Below are positions 45,747 through 49,447 of a stretch of DNA of 49,447 bases, in pieces. Source of the DNA: a virus (lineage: Duplodnaviria; Caudoviricetes); the IMG/VR virus record IMGVR_UViG_3300031999_000037, positions 1 through 49,447 of that record, one strand, 5' to 3'. The position numbers and the translations under genes were made by a program. The notes beneath the pieces are model-generated. The model saw only the letters and a list, made by a program, of their open reading frames with translations, was not told where the DNA came from and did no database searches. The first letter of the stretch is position 1; each line of letters begins with the position of its first letter.

Positions 45747-46715
45747 CTACGCGAGTCCGATGGGTACCGCGCCTTGATACCTTTCGAGCGGGTCGTGCTT
45801 CTCGTAAAGCTCCTCGATGGCTCCCTCGGCATCCGAGCCATCATCGAGCATTACCGAGATCTTAAAGAACGGATCGTCCCACGTCGAGTCCCTGGTCGGG
45901 TTCGGCGGGCAGACGATGTGGTGCGAGACTCCCGCGTCGAGGAGCCAGCGCGCGTACTGGATCTCACGGCCAATGGCGACCATGTGCTTCCAGTGGTTCC
46001 GAAGCTCCACGATGTTGTGCAGCACGTCCACGCGCGCGTAGAAGGGCGGCTTGGCTGTCGGGCCACGCTTGACCTTGCGGGCGCCGTTCCAGAGGATGCC
46101 GGTGCAGAGGTGGTGGGCCTCATCGGCCGTGGCACCCTGCGCCTGGAGCATGAGGAACCGAGCCAGGTGCTCGGTTAGGAACTGCCGGTCGAGCTTGAGC
46201 AGGGCCAGCGGCGCGTCGAGGCTGGCCGTGGTCTTGTGCTCCAGCGCGAGCTTCGATCCGTCCGAGCGCCGGGTAACCGGAGCATCAAGCTTCGAGAGGA
46301 GCGTGATGCCTGGAACGAGCTTGACCTCGACCATGCTCTCGGAGCCTTCGATGATCAGGTCGGCGTCGGCGCCGGTCTCCTCCAGCCACTCCAGGTAGCC
46401 GCCTACCATCGCCGTGATGAGATCCTTCGCTTTCTGTGCGTCCTTGACGTACTCGGTCTCGGCGATGAGCGAGTCGTACTGCGCCGTCACGAAGGCGAGC
46501 GGGTCGTTCTTGCTGTCCTCGTAGTAGAGGGCAAGCGCGTCGTGGTAGGCGGTGCCCAGGTCGAGAGGGTTGAACGGCGTGTCGATGGCGCGCTTCTGAA
46601 GGCCGCGGTAGGTGCCGAGGTACCACTGGCGCCGGTCACGCATCCACTGCTTGCTCTCCGAATAGGTGAGCCGCAGCGGCGTGAACGCATCTATGGAGGG
46701 CGCGGGAAGAGTCAT
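45747..46715 (-). CDS. PD-(D/E)xK exonuclease (RecB/Cas4-like)
   Basis: LGTAYH, KLDA, EHKT. Confidence 0.8.
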   Translation of the reverse strand: MTLPAPSIDAFTPLRLTYSESKQWMRDRRQWYLGTYRGLQKRAIDTPFNPLDLGTAYHDALALYYEDSKNDPLAFVTAQYDSLIAETEYVKDAQKAKDLITAMVGGYLEWLEETGADADLIIEGSESMVEVKLVPGITLLSKLDAPVTRRSDGSKLALEHKTTASLDAPLALLKLDRQFLTEHLARFLMLQAQGATADEAHHLCTGILWNGARKVKRGPTAKPPFYARVDVLHNIVELRNHWKHMVAIGREIQYARWLLDAGVSHHIVCPPNPTRDSTWDDPFFKISVMLDDGSDAEGAIEELYEKHDPLERYQGAVPIGLA

Positions 46716-47308
46716 CCGACGCGCGCCATCCGCGCGAAGATCTCGTCGCTCTCGATCACGCGCATCAGCGCGTGGCCCGCCTCGTACAGGTCGGCGAGCG
46801 AGCCGTCGTTCTGGATGCGGTACATCTCGACATCCGGCTCGGCCTCCGAGATGTGCGCGTCCTCGGAGTCAGCGGCGGGCCGGTCGATATAGACGATCCG
46901 TCCACCTCGGGCCTGGAGGTTCAGGCACTCGTTCGTGAACCGGGAGTCGGTGACGACGTAGCGGCCCTCGGGATCGCGGAACTTCCGGTTGAGCATGTCT
47001 GTCCACACCTCGGTGCCGAAATCCGGGATGTCCCGGTGCGCCTCGGTGCCGTACCGCTGAAGGTACTCGCGGTGCGTGAGCTTGACGTAGAAACTGCGGT
47101 CGCTGTACTCGTACCGCATGGTGACCGTTGCGTTCGGGTCGTTCTTGGTCTGCTCGAAGTGCTCGGCGGGGATGCCGAACAGGGCTGCGGCCGACTGCTT
47201 CAGCGGCGCGGCGGCAGCCATCTTCTCGAAGTCGTACTCCTGGACGAGGAAGTCGGCGAGCGTATCCTTGCCCGATCCCTTCTTGCCAGCGAGTCCCAGG
47301 ATGATCAT
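46712..47308 (-). CDS. deoxynucleoside monophosphate kinase
   Basis: GLAGKKGSGKDT, PLK, R..LQ.YGTE, TDSRF.NE, H.SE. Confidence 0.92.
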   Translation of the reverse strand: MIILGLAGKKGSGKDTLADFLVQEYDFEKMAAAAPLKQSAAALFGIPAEHFEQTKNDPNATVTMRYEYSDRSFYVKLTHREYLQRYGTEAHRDIPDFGTEVWTDMLNRKFRDPEGRYVVTDSRFTNECLNLQARGGRIVYIDRPAADSEDAHISEAEPDVEMYRIQNDGSLADLYEAGHALMRVIESDEIFARMARVG

Positions 47309-47850
47309 GTGCGTTCCTCCTTCTTGGCGGTGTTGAGAACCTCGAACAAGCCGAGGAAGACCTCCTCGGCGAGCGGCGGGTACCAGGGCTGGACGATCTC
47401 ATCGTACGGAGAAACGTCCTGGTAGTAACCCCAGGCTTCGGTGCCGTGCAGCAGGTCGCGCGCCTCGGTCACGAGCACGCGCACGTCGACCTCGCTGACG
47501 ATCTCCGGGTGCGGGTACGCCAGGCCGAACACCTCGGCGAGCACGCGCTCCACGTGATCCTCCGCTACGCGGTACGCGTCCCCGACGTGCGAGACCTTGA
47601 GCGGCCGGGCCATGTCCTGGAGGTACGCCTCGGCGGCGTCATGCATCAGCGCGTCGAGGGCGTACTCGACCGGGACGTAGCGGGCGACCAGCGCGGAGTG
47701 CTGGGCGACGGAGTAGAAGTACCGGACGGCGCCGGAGAAGCGGCACTGCATCGAAAGGTGGTGTGCGATGTCTTCGATGCAGACGTCCTCCGCGCGCAGC
47801 GCGAGCGGGTCGACCATGCGGCCGGTGAACGTGTGGATCGTGGACGGCAT
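47305..47850 (-). CDS. HD-domain 5'-deoxynucleotidase (YfbR/YfdR-like)
   Basis: DIAHHLS..CRF.G, YSVAQHS, LMHDAAEAY. Confidence 0.9.
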   Translation of the reverse strand: MPSTIHTFTGRMVDPLALRAEDVCIEDIAHHLSMQCRFSGAVRYFYSVAQHSALVARYVPVEYALDALMHDAAEAYLQDMARPLKVSHVGDAYRVAEDHVERVLAEVFGLAYPHPEIVSEVDVRVLVTEARDLLHGTEAWGYYQDVSPYDEIVQPWYPPLAEEVFLGLFEVLNTAKKEERT

Positions 47851-47857
47851 CCGTGGC

Positions 47858-48058
47858 TCAGGCACGGTTGACCTTCCGGCTGGCCTTGGCGATGCGGGCC
47901 GCGGCTCGGCGCCGGGCAAGCTCGCGCGTGGCGTACGGCGTGAGGGCCGTCTCGCTGCCGGGGACGTACCAGCGCTTCAGGCCGGTGGCGTTGCCCTTCT
48001 CGCGGCGCTTGCGCGGAGCGGGCATGTGGACTCGGCGCATCTCGGGTACTGCGGTCAT
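47858..48058 (-). CDS. small basic hypothetical protein
   Basis: AAGGAG SD; coupled. Confidence 0.6.
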   Translation of the reverse strand: MTAVPEMRRVHMPAPRKRREKGNATGLKRWYVPGSETALTPYATRELARRRAAARIAKASRKVNRA

Positions 48059-48675
48059 AGCTCTCTCCTTGCTAACACAGGGGTAGCTTTCGGGTGCAGC
48101 TTCGGGACTTCAGGGACTTCCGCCATAGCCTGTCCGGTGTTCGCTTCCTCGCGGGCCTCGAACAGCCGACGAGCTTCTCTCCTTACTTCCTCTCGATCAG
48201 CCGTGTAGATGTTTTCAACCCCGAGCGAGGCTTGCATCCTTCGTTGCCTGTTGTAGATACGACGCACCGTACGCATGGCTTCCTCGAAGATCGACCATGA
48301 GCCGTAGCCTGCTGCATCCCAGTCGTCGTATGCCTCATCTATCCGCTGGGATACCCGGTCGGCCGCGGCGCTGGATGCCCTTACTACGAGATCCCTAGCC
48401 TCCTCGTGGGTTAGGACGACATCGTAGTACTCGGAGTCAGACTGAGATCCTTTGTAGCTTTCTGGAGCCGTTGACACGTAGCCACCGAGGATACGGTGTA
48501 CTTCTTGCTCTACCTCGTACGTCGCCGGAAACCACCCGATGATCTCGGTTATAGGAGAACCCACTACTTTCTCGATCTCACCCATGCGGCAGTAGAGATG
48601 CCGAATCGTATGGCCTGCCTTCATGCGGCCATCCGCGAGCAGAACGAAGTAGATGTACTCAGGCCTGGTAGTCAC
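48055..48675 (-). CDS. T5orf172/GIY-YIG-like protein
   Basis: YIYFV...KAGHT...R...E.EVH pattern; visibly more AT-rich. Confidence 0.6.
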   Translation of the reverse strand: MTTRPEYIYFVLLADGRMKAGHTIRHLYCRMGEIEKVVGSPITEIIGWFPATYEVEQEVHRILGGYVSTAPESYKGSQSDSEYYDVVLTHEEARDLVVRASSAAADRVSQRIDEAYDDWDAAGYGSWSIFEEAMRTVRRIYNRQRRMQASLGVENIYTADREEVRREARRLFEAREEANTGQAMAEVPEVPKLHPKATPVLARREL

Positions 48676-49447
48676 TTCGCCAGCCACCTTGCCAGCGTCT
48701 CCTTGTCGCGGACGATCTCCTCCATGATGCGCTCCTTGTCGGCCATCGCCGCGAACACCTGCGCCTCGACGGAGTCCTTCGTGACGATGTCGATGTACTC
48801 GGAGCCTCGCTCCATCGCCAGGTCGCCGCGGCCGATGCCGTGGATGCGCGCCTCCGCCTGCTCGTTCTTGATCCGGCTGAAGGATCGCTGAAGGAAGATC
48901 GCCGTGGTGCATCCGGGGAAGCTCAACCCTTCGCCACCGGCGCCGAGCGTGGCCAGCAGGAACTTCAACCGGCCAGCCTGGAACTGCTGCACCGCCTGCA
49001 TCCGGTCGTGCTCCGGGACGGCGCCGGTCAGCTGCCCGACCTGATAGCCGTCCTTCACGAGCGCCTTGGCGGCAAGCTCGATCAACTGCCTGCTCTCGGC
49101 GAAGACGAGAGCGTTCTGGTCGCCAAGCTCACCGGCGATCTCCAGCAGCGCGTCCACCTTGCACGAGGGCATCTCCAGCAGCAGCGGAGTCTCGTCCTTG
49201 ATCGTGGAGCCGGGGAAGGAGGACAGGGCGCCCTCGGCCGTCTCGTACAGCGGGAACGGCCCGCTGACCCGAGCGCCGTTCAGGAACACGGAGAAGGCCG
49301 GGTCGCCGAACTCGCCGCAGGCGCTGGCGAACTGGCTCAAGCGGATCAGCTTCGTGAGCGGGTTCGTCGTCAGCAGCACGCCGGAGTCGAGGTGCGCAAC
49401 CATGTCCTTGCGGATCTCGTCGTACGGCTTCCGCTGCTTGGCGACCA
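48672..49447 (-). CDS. SNF2-like helicase, C-terminal part (5' end outside the window)
   Basis: RLSQ, LVF, FQ.G, AGGEGL, QAEARIH.IG. Confidence 0.88.
   Translation of the reverse strand, partial: VAKQRKPYDEIRKDMVAHLDSGVLLTTNPLTKLIRLSQFASACGEFGDPAFSVFLNGARVSGPFPLYETAEGALSSFPGSTIKDETPLLLEMPSCKVDALLEIAGELGDQNALVFAESRQLIELAAKALVKDGYQVGQLTGAVPEHDRMQAVQQFQAGRLKFLLATLGAGGEGLSFPGCTTAIFLQRSFSRIKNEQAEARIHGIGRGDLAMERGSEYIDIVTKDSVEAQVFAAMADKERIMEEIVRDKETLARWLAK

Noticed and set aside
45747-46715. Cas4 as evidence of a CRISPR system
   Set aside because: Sits with Sak4-like and SSB-like genes as a normal phage recombination exonuclease

Overview
High-GC tailed-phage (siphovirus-like) DNA, probably from an actinobacterial host, covering most of the virion module and part of the replication module. 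The + strand (0.9-29.4 kb) carries an XkdF-like protease/scaffold, the major capsid protein, a glycosyltransferase/methyltransferase/deacetylase cluster, neck genes, tail tube, tape measure, Dit/Tal-like proteins, a Thr-rich collagen fibre and variable fibre/decoration genes. Next come an inverted terminase, the portal and a 1559-aa MuF polyvalent effector protein. The - strand (37.5-49.4 kb) carries early/replication genes: DUF6011 protein, holin, tyrosine recombinase, QueF-like, Rpf-like, metallophosphoesterase, SSB-like, Sak4-like ATPase, PD-(D/E)xK nuclease, dNMP kinase, HD hydrolase and SNF2 helicase. Highlights: (1) six copies of a GATCCCCCATTCGAGGGGTTGC-anchored promoter, driving small cassettes of which four sit among virion genes; (2) one copy drives a ~180-nt structured non-coding RNA that resembles actinobacterial Ms1 (RNA-polymerase-core-binding) RNA; (3) a 49-aa domain shared between the virion MuF effector and a stand-alone early gene; (4) a ~70-aa module present alone and fused into two fibre proteins; (5) a BclA-like collagen plus a glycosylation gene set. 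All family assignments come from motif recognition by eye, with no database search.
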